From Zygophlyctis sp. KS116 (lineage: Eukaryota > Fungi > Chytridiomycota): a DNA stretch of 28,764 nt. This document shows, piece after piece, positions 15,289-26,868 of the stretch. Made by a program: the position numbers and the translations under genes. The notes below the pieces were generated by a model, which saw only the letters and a program-made list of their open reading frames with translations, was not told where the DNA came from and did not search any database. Location of the stretch: the NCBI GenBank assembly GCA_054661495.1, contig BAAFSQ010000120.1, positions 1 to 28,764 on the forward strand. Direction: 5' to 3'. The first letter of the stretch is position 1. Every line of letters begins with the position of its first letter.

Positions 15289-15318
15289 TTTAAACTGCAG
15301 GGTTTTTCAACGGTGGCC

Positions 15319-15924
15319 ATGCTCGTTTTGTTAATTGGAGATTCGTACATCCCATTCAACTCTCCAGACTTGCCATTGAAATTCAAGAAATTGCTAACTC
15401 CAGGGAAAATATCAAAGATTTTATGCACTGGAAATCTAAATTTAAATCTGACTGTAGACTATCTAAAGACAATTTGCAATGATATTACTTTTGTAGGCGG
15501 AGAGTTTGATGATAATTCAGTGACTGTACAAACAATAGAATTTGGGCAATTAAGGTTTGGATTGATCTCTGGTTATAGCATGATTCCTTGGAATAATGAC
15601 AGGATTTGGGAAATAAAGGCAAGGGAATATAATTTAGATGTACTGATATCTGGTTTTGGAAATGGTTTTTGGGCAAAGGAAAGTGATGGGAGGTTTTATG
15701 TCAATCCAGGGAGTTGTACTGGAAGTTATTTTCATGTATTTTATTAATTTTTAAAATTATAGAACTCTAGCAACTCTTTAACTGGGAATGAAAATACTCT
15801 AGAAACTTGTCCATCTTTTGTGTTAATGGATGTACATGAATCAAGTGTTGTTTTTTATATTTATAAATTGATAAATGGAGATGTAAAGGTGGAAAAGATG
15901 GAGTTTAAAAAGAAAATATTCTAG
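15319..15924 (+). CDS. VPS29: Retromer subunit Vps29; intron 15736-15762
   Basis: [46 protein letters not shown] and [19 protein letters not shown]. Confidence 0.92.
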
Positions 15925-15951
15925 GTATTACTATTGTTTAAAAGTTGAGTT

Positions 15952-18900
15952 TTAAGAGTCTATATTGAAGTCAAGACCTTTAAGATTGATGGATTTTCTT
16001 ACATCTTGCATTTTACGGTTTAATGTTGATCGCCTCTTGGATTGTGAGGCTAAAAGAGAATGGCGGCGGAGAACATATTCTGGGTCATCAAAGTCTACAG
16101 TAGTAGATGCTGCATTAGATAGAATACTGTTTGTATGTCCACGAGAGTTATTGTCTACAAAGATTTGACCACCAGTTATTTGGGCTGAGAGTCTATTTAC
16201 TATTTTACGGCGAGTGGTTTCAAATTTTGAGTCTTCAAATAAGTCATCTGAGCTATTGTCTTTTTTTATAGTGTCTGTGGATGCCATGCTGTTTTGAGAT
16301 AAGGTGCTTGATGTTGAAGCTAAATCATTTAATTCACTGTTAAAAGAAGATGCAGAGGCTGAATTTAAGATGGCTTGTTTTTTTAACCGAAATGCATCAT
16401 TCTTCTTCTTTTTTTCAGTCTCTGATCTTGCATTAGCGGCAGCATCTTTAAAGGTTTGAAAAAATAAATCTAAAGAGACAAATATATACACTGGAGATTT
16501 TTTACTTTCTTTAGATGGGTCCTGATGATCATTAATGATGTTATAATATTCTGATTTGTCCTCTCCGAAATATAAGAGTGTATCCAACCATGCATGGATA
16601 AAGTTTTTAAATCGCTGATTGAGTTTTTCTAAAATTTCAGAGGAATTTTTGAAGAACTTTTGAAGAATAAGTTCAAAACTTTTGTCCTTAAATTGATGGC
16701 TCTTCAACTTTTTTTCAGTTGCTTCCATGGTTAGAAATTGTATATAGAATTCTCTAATGTCGAATGATTTTACAATATTAAGTCCAGCAAAACTGTTTTC
16801 AAGGCCCAATAACTACAAGTCAGTAAAAATAATAAATGAAAAACCTCGGGGTAATTATTGTGTATCATATCAACAAGAAAAGTGATAAGACTCCACTTCC
16901 CATCCGCACTTTTAACGTCTCTTAGTCGGGCCAGGCCGTCAATCTTAAATCCGGCTGCTCTAGCGTTATTTCCCATCCATGGTCTAAAACTAGAATTTCC
17001 AGCGCTATATTCATAATTAGTTAAATTGCCAAGTTCTAAAACAAGTTTTAATAGCTTTTTTAGCCTAACTGAAGATCGTAACTCAAAGCATAGATTTATC
17101 ACTATATCGAGTTTTTCTATCAGCTCATCACTTTCAAATTTTAATTGCAGTTTGAATACAAAAGCAAGGACCTGATATGGGAGGTCTTCAATTTTCGACA
17201 CTTCAATCAGAAATGCTTCAGCGGGAGCAAAAGGAAGATCTGGATTTTCAGGAGCATTTCGAATCATTTTACGCTCTTCAAATGTTGGTAAAAGGGCTTG
17301 ATATGTGACTAAATCATCTGCATCCATTAAAGTCTCATCCATGCGAGAAATTGCACCAACGAGCATTTCTGGTGTCAATCCTCTACGAGTAAATCTTGAG
17401 AGGCCAATTAATATATTATTGCTCCTTCTAGTGTCCAAAAAAGAATTAAACTGAGCCCTTAAGATTAAATATTTTACAATAGATAATATACCTTTGAACA
17501 ATATTAGTATTTTTGTTCTTGGCACCTGGAATCACACAAAAAAGTTCTAAAAGCTATTAAATAGAACCAAAAATACCTTCAAATTTTTGGACGTCTAGCT
17601 GTATATCATAATCGAGTTGTTTCCAAACAGAATCATCATCAATATTACGCAAAACACTCCAATGAAGCTTATTTTTCACTCTTTTTAAGTTATTCTGAGA
17701 TTTGTCTCCTGGCATTAGAGGTGTGGGCGGTGTTCCTGGTGGGGGCGGTGCTACTGGCGGAGGGGGTGCTACTGGCGGAGGAGGTGCTACTGGTGGAGGA
17801 GGTGCTACTACTGGTGGAGGCGGTTCTAATGGTGGAGTATCTGAGGATTTTACAACTTGCATTGATGATTCGGGTGGCCTGGCAGACATACTTTCACGTT
17901 TGGAGGAGGATCTTAAAAGATGCTCTGAGTTTAAAGGTAATGCTTGGCCTGAATCTGGTATGTTCTTTGCTAAAGTCATTGTAGAAGAGATATCAGACTG
18001 TCCACCCTGAAAATTTGGTTCATCTGAAAAGAAAACTGAAGATGTTTGAATAGAAACTGATGATCGTTTCTTCGACGAACCACGAGATTGGTCAAGCTCT
18101 TTAGATGAATTACTAGATTCATGTAAATTAGCAATAGTATTAGACAAAGCATGGCCTTCTTTAATAGGTATCGGCATTAGTTGTTCTAACTCCTCTATTA
18201 GCTGTTCATTATTTGAATAAGGCTTTTGCACCAAATTCGCTATTGTACCAGACTGATTTTCATCTCTAAATACTGCTGAATTTAAATGATCCAAAATAGA
18301 TGAAGTAGGCTGATTATTCGCAGTTGTAATATTCTGGAAAGCTTTTTTAGAACTTGTTTCTTTTGTTCCTTCCATAAAAGGCTGATTTTCACTTGCTAAA
18401 TGAATATCTGAAAATGAGGTATCGATAGTTCCAAGTCGATCTTTAGCTGATAATTTAGTAGATGAGGATTTTTTTGAGAATGTTCCATCTTGACTGGCCA
18501 GTTCTAGCTTAAATGAATCGAAATCACCAGAGACCATTTTTTCTTTGCTATGTAAAAGATTATTGATAGTGCTTAGCCATCGATCTGCCCATTCATTATT
18601 ATCAGGATCACCTTCCAGCATGCTATTTTGGTCAATTTGTCCCGGCTTTTTTCGAGCAGATGATTTTGGAGGCCTTGTTTGAGAAGATTCAAAACTGCTG
18701 CCGGATCTATCATCTGTGATGGCCATATCCACTGCTGAGTGAGGTTGGTATTTCTGATATTTTGAATTCGCTTCTCGGTCGAAGGCAATCTGCTCTTTGT
18801 CATTGTGTTTCAGTTTTTCAGAAGATTGATACTTTTCTTCATTCTGACTTAAGGAACTCTTCCTCACGCCGTAAGAATTATCACCTCGATTATCCTCTTC

Positions 18901-20742
18901 TATACTACTCCGAGAAGAATTAAGCGAGCTATTTGCACTGTTGATTTCTCTTGATTTATATGATTGTTTTCGGGTATGCCTTGAATTTTCCTCTTTAATA
19001 CTTGCGACACTTTTGGATTCATAATCCGCATATGATCGCTTCAAATAAACCATTTCGTCATTTTCGGCTCGAAAACTACTTGAATGAAAATCTTCAGATT
19101 TAGCAAGTTTCTTTAGAATCTTGAAAGCCCCCTCCAAATCATTTTTTGAGCGCTGAAGAGCAAAAGAAGCTAATATTAGTAAAGCTTTGTAAAATACAAA
19201 TTATTGTCCCTTGTCCCATTGATGTCAGCCTATCCGTCAACTTTTGATCAGCTTGGACAGAGTGACTATCCACCAACTTTTGCAAACATGATAAGACATC
19301 GCGATCCATTGCGTTTTCGTAGGAGATTTCTTCTTCCTTGCTAATTTCATCTGCAGTGCGAACGTCAATCTCCAGAGAAAATTTCCCCAATTCTTTAGGT
19401 GATGTATACCAATCAATATCTTTTTTTAGTATTCGAATAACCCCTGGGGGCATATATCCTGTATGAAAGGTGAACTGAAATAATTTTTCAATAACCTCCC
19501 CGTTATCATCATATGTATTAAGTCTTATCCTGAGCTCGTTTTTCAAGTTTAAAGACTTGTTAACCATCAGATCAAAAATTAAGGTATTTCGGTATTGAAA
19601 CATACAGTTGGTAATTGGCAATAAAGAATTAGGCTTTGGAGTTTGAAAATCATCTATGGCATGTCCATATGATTTAAAAACACAATCTGCTTTTTCAAAC
19701 AATTCAAGTCCAATGTTTCCATTCTTTGACTTTTTGATAGTATTAAACCCATGAACAGATATCCTTTCCACTAAAATCCCATTTGGATTTGGAACTTTTC
19801 CATCGGTAGCAATTATATTTGCAAAATACATTGCATATCTATAGATACCGATATTAAGCCTTAATCTTCTCCTTACACAAACAAAGTCTAAAGCTTCCAT
19901 CCCATCATCAAAAAACCCAGCATAAATAAGCCAGCATGCTGCCACCAAAGCTGAGTAAGTGCCTTTCAAGCAGTGGATAATTGCAACATTGGAAAAATCA
20001 AGAGTAATCCACGCATCTATAGATCTAGATATATCTAAAAGAGTAGAGATGGTACAATCAGATGATTTAGAAAGCTTATAATTTACAACCTGATGATTAA
20101 ATATTGAAAAATCATATTCAGCAATTGAGTTACCCACTAGAATTTAATCCAATTTCCAACTTACTTCCTAAATTCCAAATCATATAATTATCATTGAACC
20201 TCTTTTTAAGAAATATAGATCCATCCAATATATTATTCCGCCGATGCCTTCTGCTAGATTCATTCTTCCAAAATAATCCTCCTAATATTAATCTATTTGT
20301 AATCCTTGTAAAATCGATGGTTCTGATTATATTCAATAATTTTTCATCAGTCTTTGGAATTGGTAGTGGTCCAGTTCCAAATAGAAATGACTTTTTTTTG
20401 GGAAATTCAATGAGCTTTAAAGGCGAAGGAAAGAATGGATCTCTTGTTAAGAGCGATAGTTCATTGAATTGTGAATTTTGACCATCTTGTGCCAGAAAGT
20501 CATCAGTATTAAAATCATCCCGACTTTCTGTTACAAAATTCATTTGACTCTGTATTTTGAATTCATTGATAACTGCATTCATCTGATTTGACTGTTGTCC
20601 AATAACATCTTCTGAATCATGATGATCTGCTGTGGTGATTTTAGCCTTTTTATATCCAGACACTGCTACTTTTTCTCCAGTAACTACAGAAAATAGAGCC
20701 TTGGATAAGATAAAAATAAGACAGTACCTTTATCAGTGACAT
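15952..20742 (-). CDS. Formin with PTEN-like phosphatase, C2, UBA-like, FH1 and FH2 domains; introns 20700-20727, 20137-20164, 19170-19197, 17546-17576, 17458-17491, 16813-16844
   Basis: PTEN-like IDFTRITNRLI, YMIWNL, AIIHC and LFQFTFHTGYM; polyproline FH1; FH2 KLHW, FLDTRRSNNILIGL, LELGNLTN, AAGFKIDGLARLRDVKS. Confidence 0.88.
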
Positions 20743-20797
20743 GATGATTTAATTGACTAATGACGTCGCTAGTCTTGAGGTCAAGGATGGTCATATA

Positions 20798-21834
20798 ATG
20801 ATAATTCTTGTGACTGGAGCAAACACTGGCATAGGCTATGGAATTATCCAAAGATTATTGGCAGCTTATCGTAGCAGCAAATCATGTCCGACGATTATCA
20901 TGGCATGTCGTAACAGACGCAAGGCACAGGATGCAAAAGATTCATTACTCCAAGAGTTCTTTCCGATAGATGGAGAGGCTCCATTTAATAGAAATGTTGG
21001 GGAGGCTCAACTGGTTATCTCAATTGTAGATTTGGGTTCTGTAAAGAGTGTCGTTGAGGCCTGTAAAGAGATAAAAATGGCTTATGCGCATATTGATATG
21101 TTGATTCTTAATGCCGGATTTATGCCGGTCGAAAGAATAGATTTGATCATGGGCTTAAAGAACTTGATTACACGCCCAAGTTATGTTGCTAAAACAGGAG
21201 GGGATATTATCGTACAGAAAAAGGGATTGATTAATGCAGATGGAATAGGAGAATGTTTTGCTTCTAATGTATTTGGTCATTGGATTATGGTGAGGGAGTT
21301 GAATACATTACTAGAAAAGGCTACTGACGGAAAGATAATTTGGTTTTCTTCAACAACAGCAGATTCCATGTTTTTTGATCCACAAGACTTTCAGGCTTTG
21401 AAATCGTAAGTTTTTATTTGCTGAATTTTAGAGATCATCCTTATGAATCTTGTAAAAGATTATGCGAACTTTTGAGCTTTTATTTATCTAGATCATCAAA
21501 AGTAAAGTCTTTTGTTTGTAGTCCAGGAAACGTTTTATCTAATATAACGCAAGGAAATGTAAATGTCTGGCTTATGCTGTTGGCACTTTATATTATGCGG
21601 TTTTTCTATTGCTCTGGGATCAATATAACCCCACAAAATGGTGCAACTTCAGTTTTGTATCTGCATGATGCAAGAGATTTGGATCCTCTAAAGTTGTATC
21701 ACTCTGATATTACTCCATTTGGGAAAACGTGGGTAAAGGAAATAGATGTGGAATTTGAAGATATAACGCAAGTGGCAGATAGTATGGACGATTTGTTATT
21801 GAAATTCAAAAAAAGATATAATTTGGAAATCTAA
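20798..21834 (+). CDS. ERG27: 3-keto-steroid reductase (Erg27/HSD17B7-like SDR); intron 21406-21431
   Basis: LVTGANTGIGYGI, MACRNRRKA, LILNAG, FASNVFGH, IIWFSS and catalytic YESCK. Confidence 0.85.
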
Positions 21835-21839
21835 ACAGA

Positions 21840-23447
21840 TCAAGTAGATTCTATTTTGACACGATGCCAGGCATTTGATAATACTCCTCTTACATTATAA
21901 ATCGGACCATATGTTTCGGGCTGGGATTGATAACTTGAATCTACTGCTTTACATACGATTTCTAGTTCTTCTGATTTAGAGACGGGAACTAAGGCTTCCC
22001 ATTTAGTCCACGCCCACTGCTTACCCCAATTTGATTGATTTTGAATCAAATTGGCATCAATCCAAGACTTTCCGCCATCAGGAGACACATCTACTCGATT
22101 TATTCCTCTTCCTCCTCCACTCCAAGCATACCCTAAATATTTAATCCACTAAAAATATACCCTTTACAGCAATACATGCTTGCCCGTCACTATCAACTAC
22201 AATATTTGCTTTTTGACCATTTTTCGGAGATAGAATAACAGACTGAACAGGAAGTTCCTGGATAGATTGAGCAGATGAATAATCGCTAGTTTCTAAAGTT
22301 GCAGAGGGAGAAAACCCTTTGTAATCTTGTCTTTGCCAATGAGAATAAGATTCATCATCACTCAAAACGATCCTATCCAACCATTTCACGCTTCTAGCAG
22401 CGACATGTCCTGGAACAACAACTCGTACTGGGAATCCATGATCTAAAGGAAGTGTTTCACCATTCATTTCATAAGCCAATAAAACATCTCCATTTGGATC
22501 AGTTGCCTTTTTTACTGGAATAGAAGCACCATATCCTAAAACTTTAAAGATTAAACATACCTTCCATTCCGTGAAAATGTACATGTTGAACAGTATCATT
22601 AGGCTTATAACCAGCATCTTCCAAAATATCAGATAATTTTACACCTGCCCACTTTGCATTTCCAATAGCTCCCAATGACCATAATAGTCCTTTAACTGGC
22701 TTAACATTATGCATTTCATTTCTACGATTCCCTGCACATTGAATAGTAGCAACAATTTCTGTTTTTGGAAACTTTTTTAAATCTTCCAAGCTATATTCCT
22801 TGCCTGTAGATATCCCTGCTCCTTCAATCCCAACTTTGAATGTCTCTAATTCAACCTTTGGCACAGGTAAATGATTTCGGACGTAAAACTTTTCATTTGG
22901 AGTTATAAACTCTTCCAAAGAATCCATTGCAGCTTCTGCATTATACGGGCGTTCTGACCGGACAATTAGCGATTCATCTCTAACAGGATCATTTTCAAAT
23001 AATGCAGCTATTCCAGGATCGACTTTGGAATAAGTTTCGTGAAAAGGATCTTGCTCTGCAGGTATCAGATCACCTATTCTATAGTCTTCCAAGAGCTCTT
23101 TAGTCTCTACCGACTGATGAATCACAAATACAGACCAATAAGGATCAATGGCTTTTCCGGCCGCTAGCATAATTCTATTTCCACCTTTTGATTAAATTGA
23201 ATTGGATACCAGGATGAATATCAACAAATTCAGTGATATCATAGACTCCGTTTCCAAAACTAACCCAAATTCTATCGTCCTTTGTTTTGTGGGAAGCGAC
23301 TTGCGATCTAGTAAATACTTGCCGCTTTGGCGAGGAAAATGCCTCGGTATCAATCGGCTTACATGGTAATATGCTCCAGGCAGCAACTCCTCCAATGCTA
23401 AGAGGAACTCCCCATTTGATTGCTTTTACAATGGAAAAAGTTCTCAT
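21840..23447 (-). CDS. SUOX: Sulfite oxidase (cytochrome b5 + Moco + dimerisation domains) with N-terminal targeting/TM segment; introns 23185-23209, 22536-22560, 22133-22160
   Basis: [14 protein letters not shown] heme motif, [45 protein letters not shown]. Confidence 0.92.
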
Positions 23448-23563
23448 TTTAAATCTCAAATTTTAGATGAGTGTAGACTTATGTAAATTTCTATGCTAGG
23501 ACTGCATTATGATTCAAGTTGATTAATCAGAATATACTCGTTAAAAATATTAAATTTAAATTT

Positions 23564-24294
23564 CTATTCGTCAAATGGAACTAGTGCTTTGGCCAACTTC
23601 TTTTTTCTCATATATACAGACATGATTTTACCCCGTGCATGGGTTAATTGATCTATATATCCTTGAGAAATATTACACATTTCCTAAATATTAGATATTG
23701 AATCTAACCTGAACTTGTAAGGTTGCATCTGACATGATTTCTGATGGTATTTGACTAAAATCAATATCCTTTGTAAATGTATCTTCTCCTGCTAAAACAT
23801 CTCCCAGTCGTGCTAAAGTCCTATAAAAACTACATTCTTCTTCAATGAATCCTAATCCAACCTGACTAAGTCCTCTTAAATGTCTATTTCTCAATGTGTA
23901 GACCATTGAGCCGACAGACCCGACTTGGTCAGAATCTTCAGGGATTCCCCAGGCTTCTAAGATTTAGAATTATTAAATACCGTCTATATGTACATCCAAA
24001 TATGGATCGTCTTCAATTAAATGCCTGGCAGAGGTCATATCATCTTTAAGTTCCTTTCTAAATGCCTGATGGAGAATCGCTCTCTTTTTTCCTAGTTGAG
24101 ACATCTTGGCTTAGTAATAACAATCTTACTTGAAAGCAATCATTTATGCTCATGGAAGAAATTAAGCCAGGTTTGTGACAAGTCCAGTCTGATTGTTCAA
24201 CAACGTTTTTAAGTTTCTGTCCCCTATTGAACGGTCGATGATTTTTCGCCCCATAATCAGGCATAGGGACTGCCATTAAGTCTAGATCATTCAT
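23564..24294 (-). CDS. Rxt2-like (Rpd3L/Sin3 complex) protein; introns 24105-24129, 23957-23980, 23684-23708
   Basis: NRGQKLK, GKKRAIL and DDPYLDVHID motifs recall the Rxt2 N-terminal domain; splicing gives a continuous frame. Confidence 0.55.
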
Positions 24295-24377
24295 AAACAC
24301 TCCAGATTTTCTTTAAAACGCGAATTTTACGTATGCGCGATTTTCAACATTGGCAGTTTTATCATAAATACAGTTAA

Positions 24378-26776
24378 TCAAGCATTTATATTTAAGATTA
24401 TAGACTCTACTAGTACAAATAGAGTCATGCCAGTAAGAAGGGTCAGTGAAACCGTTGCAGTCACGTAATTTGGAATAATATCTGTCCACCATTTAGGTAG
24501 GGCCCTCCACGATGTTTCTAAATATTCTTCTGATCCATCTTCTGGACCATGAACAAGTAAGTTTACAGACATGTTTGCATCATCAGGAACTACTTTACCA
24601 ACAGTGAATGATGGGCCAAATGCAGATGCTCTTCTTTGTGGTGCAACGATGGAAATATATGGATCAGGATTCATCATAGCTGAAGGTCTTCTCCCCATTC
24701 GAGGGCCTCCAGGAGCAGCTAATCCATGAATTGTAGATGATGGGGGTAGTTGTGATGCATTACTTCCCCTTCGGTTCATTGACATCATTGGCAATCCAAT
24801 ATTTGATGCATTACTTCCCCTACGAGATGGAACATATCCTTCTTGTACTTCATTCATTGAAAGTTTAGAGCCCATGATTTTAGATGCAACTAAATTCGTA
24901 TATAAAGTATTATTGTCCCTTTGATTTCCCAACATATGACGTACTTCACGTTTTGAAATTGATCGACAAGACAATGCAGACATTCGAGAACTTACTGACA
25001 GGCCAGATGTAGAAATGTAACGATCATCTAATTTTTTACCAGAAAGAGCTTTTGGTTCAGCAAATGGATCTCTAGGAGGCCCCAGTCTTTCTAAATCTGC
25101 ATGCGGAAGATGGTAAATGTAATCAAAGTCATCATCTTCATCATCTATAACTTTTTTAACCCCAGCTTCAATGTCCAAAAACTCCAACTATTTTGATTAG
25201 TGCAGATTAAAATTTACTTCATCCAAAACTGACTGCTGCATGACTAGATTTCTTTTAGAGAGGAAAAGGTATATTAAAAAGGGAAAAATGAAATTACAAG
25301 GAGCCTGGAAAAAGATACTAGTCCAGGTTTCTAATCAATTAGTGGAAGAAATTACGAAAGTTTTCATTCCAAGTTCCAGTCAACATTGGAATTGCAATTA
25401 TAAATGGAACAGTAATACCAAAAAATGCAGCAGAAGCTAAATGTCGTTACATATGAAAAATTACACTTTGAACACAGTCTAGAAGACACCAAGTTTAACT
25501 GTACAATAATCATAGCGACTGGAATTGAAGTCAAGTACACCAAAAATGAGAATAGTATATTAACAATCGTATTCCAGGTGATTGAAGAAGCAGGCAGATT
25601 TGCGCTTGTACCAATAGCTTGGATGATGTTTGACCCAACAGGCACTGGAAAAGAAAATCCGGCTATTTTCAGACAAAAAAATCTTACGAATAAGTCCTAC
25701 AATCAAATAAAATCCTGTAGACAAATATGTAGAAATCCATAATGTTTTTTGGGCATTTACATTTTTATGCTATGTTTTTAACACTTTAAACGTACAGTAA
25801 TGTTAACCCATGAAGGTGCTGTATTTGCAAGGGCTAATTATAAATCACAGTATAATTACTAAAATTAAACAAAATATTGGGTATAGCAGCAATCATATTC
25901 GAACCAAAGGCAGGAACTAAATTCAAATCAAATCCATTCTGGATTGATTGAATACACCAAGAGAATAAAACTAAGAGCAAAAATGCAAATGATACTAAAA
26001 TGAGTTCGATAAATCTATCTTACTAAATTGTATAATCATATTGTCATTTAAATCAATCATCAACAGTGGAATCATGAATCCTAAAACAACCTAAATCAAT
26101 TAAAAAATCGTAATTTACAATATAACCCAAAGTGAAAAGCATGTAATTCTCTCCAAATGGTGAATTAGTATTAGCTTCTTGACGAACACAGTATATTCCA
26201 GCTACAGGAGTAATTCCGTATCCACAAGTCACGCCGAATAAGTTTACAAAAGCAGAGTCCATTTGCTTATATCAGATTTTAAAATCTTACAGCTACAGCT
26301 GAGATAATTGATGCGATATTAAACGATTGCATTGATCCATATAAAACAAGATGAGTGGCATAATATGGTATACGACCATAAAACTAACATTTACATGTTA
26401 CGATCATACCTGATGAACTAGCACTGTGAATTCTACATTCCTCTTATCATCATAAATATTAAAATTACCTCGAAATTCTCGTTTCCCGGGAATTTTGTAA
26501 GAGCCTCTAGCAAGAGTAAGGATGCGAAATTCGCTAATGTAGATATTATAATAAAAAATAGAATCGTTCTGTGATTAATTTCAATTTTAATGATTTACAT
26601 AAACCATCCAGACTGTTGAAAAACACTTGGAATGAGAGTGATAGCTTGCTATTAACGCGAATTATGTTACCAGGCCCAGTGATACTACAGATTAACACAG
26701 ATAATCCACCAACAAATCCCCTGATATTTTATTGAAATAGATCTTACACATTCTTCGTATATGCTTCATCAGACAT
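24378..26776 (-). CDS. Amino acid transporter (Aa_trans/AAAP family); 14 tiny introns in the 5' 1.6 kb and one long final exon
   Basis: Spliced GFVGGLSVLICSITGPAITLIPSVFQQSGWF, LLEALTKFPGNENFERNVEF and APSWVN, plus multiple hydrophobic helices. Confidence 0.78.
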
Positions 26777-26803
26777 GTTGCTATTATGGATTAATTATTG
26801 AGA

Positions 26804-26811
26804 TGACGTCA
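26804..26811. promoter_or_regulatory. CRE-like palindrome TGACGTCA, 27 nt upstream of the transporter ATG
   Basis: Perfect ATF/CREB consensus in a 92-nt spacer; TGACGTC also occurs at 6310-6316 and 20761-20767. Confidence 0.45.
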
Positions 26812-26868
26812 AAGATGATCGGAAATCAGTTTATTTTCCATTACATAAATTACCATAAGTTTAGTAAA

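Noticed and set aside
15250-15318. N-terminal extension of VPS29 overlapping CWC25
   Set aside because: Family-conserved start MLVL is at 15319; the extension has no Vps29 similarity, although use of the upstream ATG cannot be excluded
17702-18010. Gly-rich + strand ORFs
   Set aside because: Antisense shadow of the formin FH1 polyproline codons
20753-20797. TTG-initiated extension of ERG27
   Set aside because: Non-AUG start from the ORF caller; the SDR Rossmann motif begins right after ATG 20798
25240-25742. + strand ORFs 25240-25440 and 25425-25742
   Set aside because: Antisense to well-supported transporter exons; no recognisable motifs
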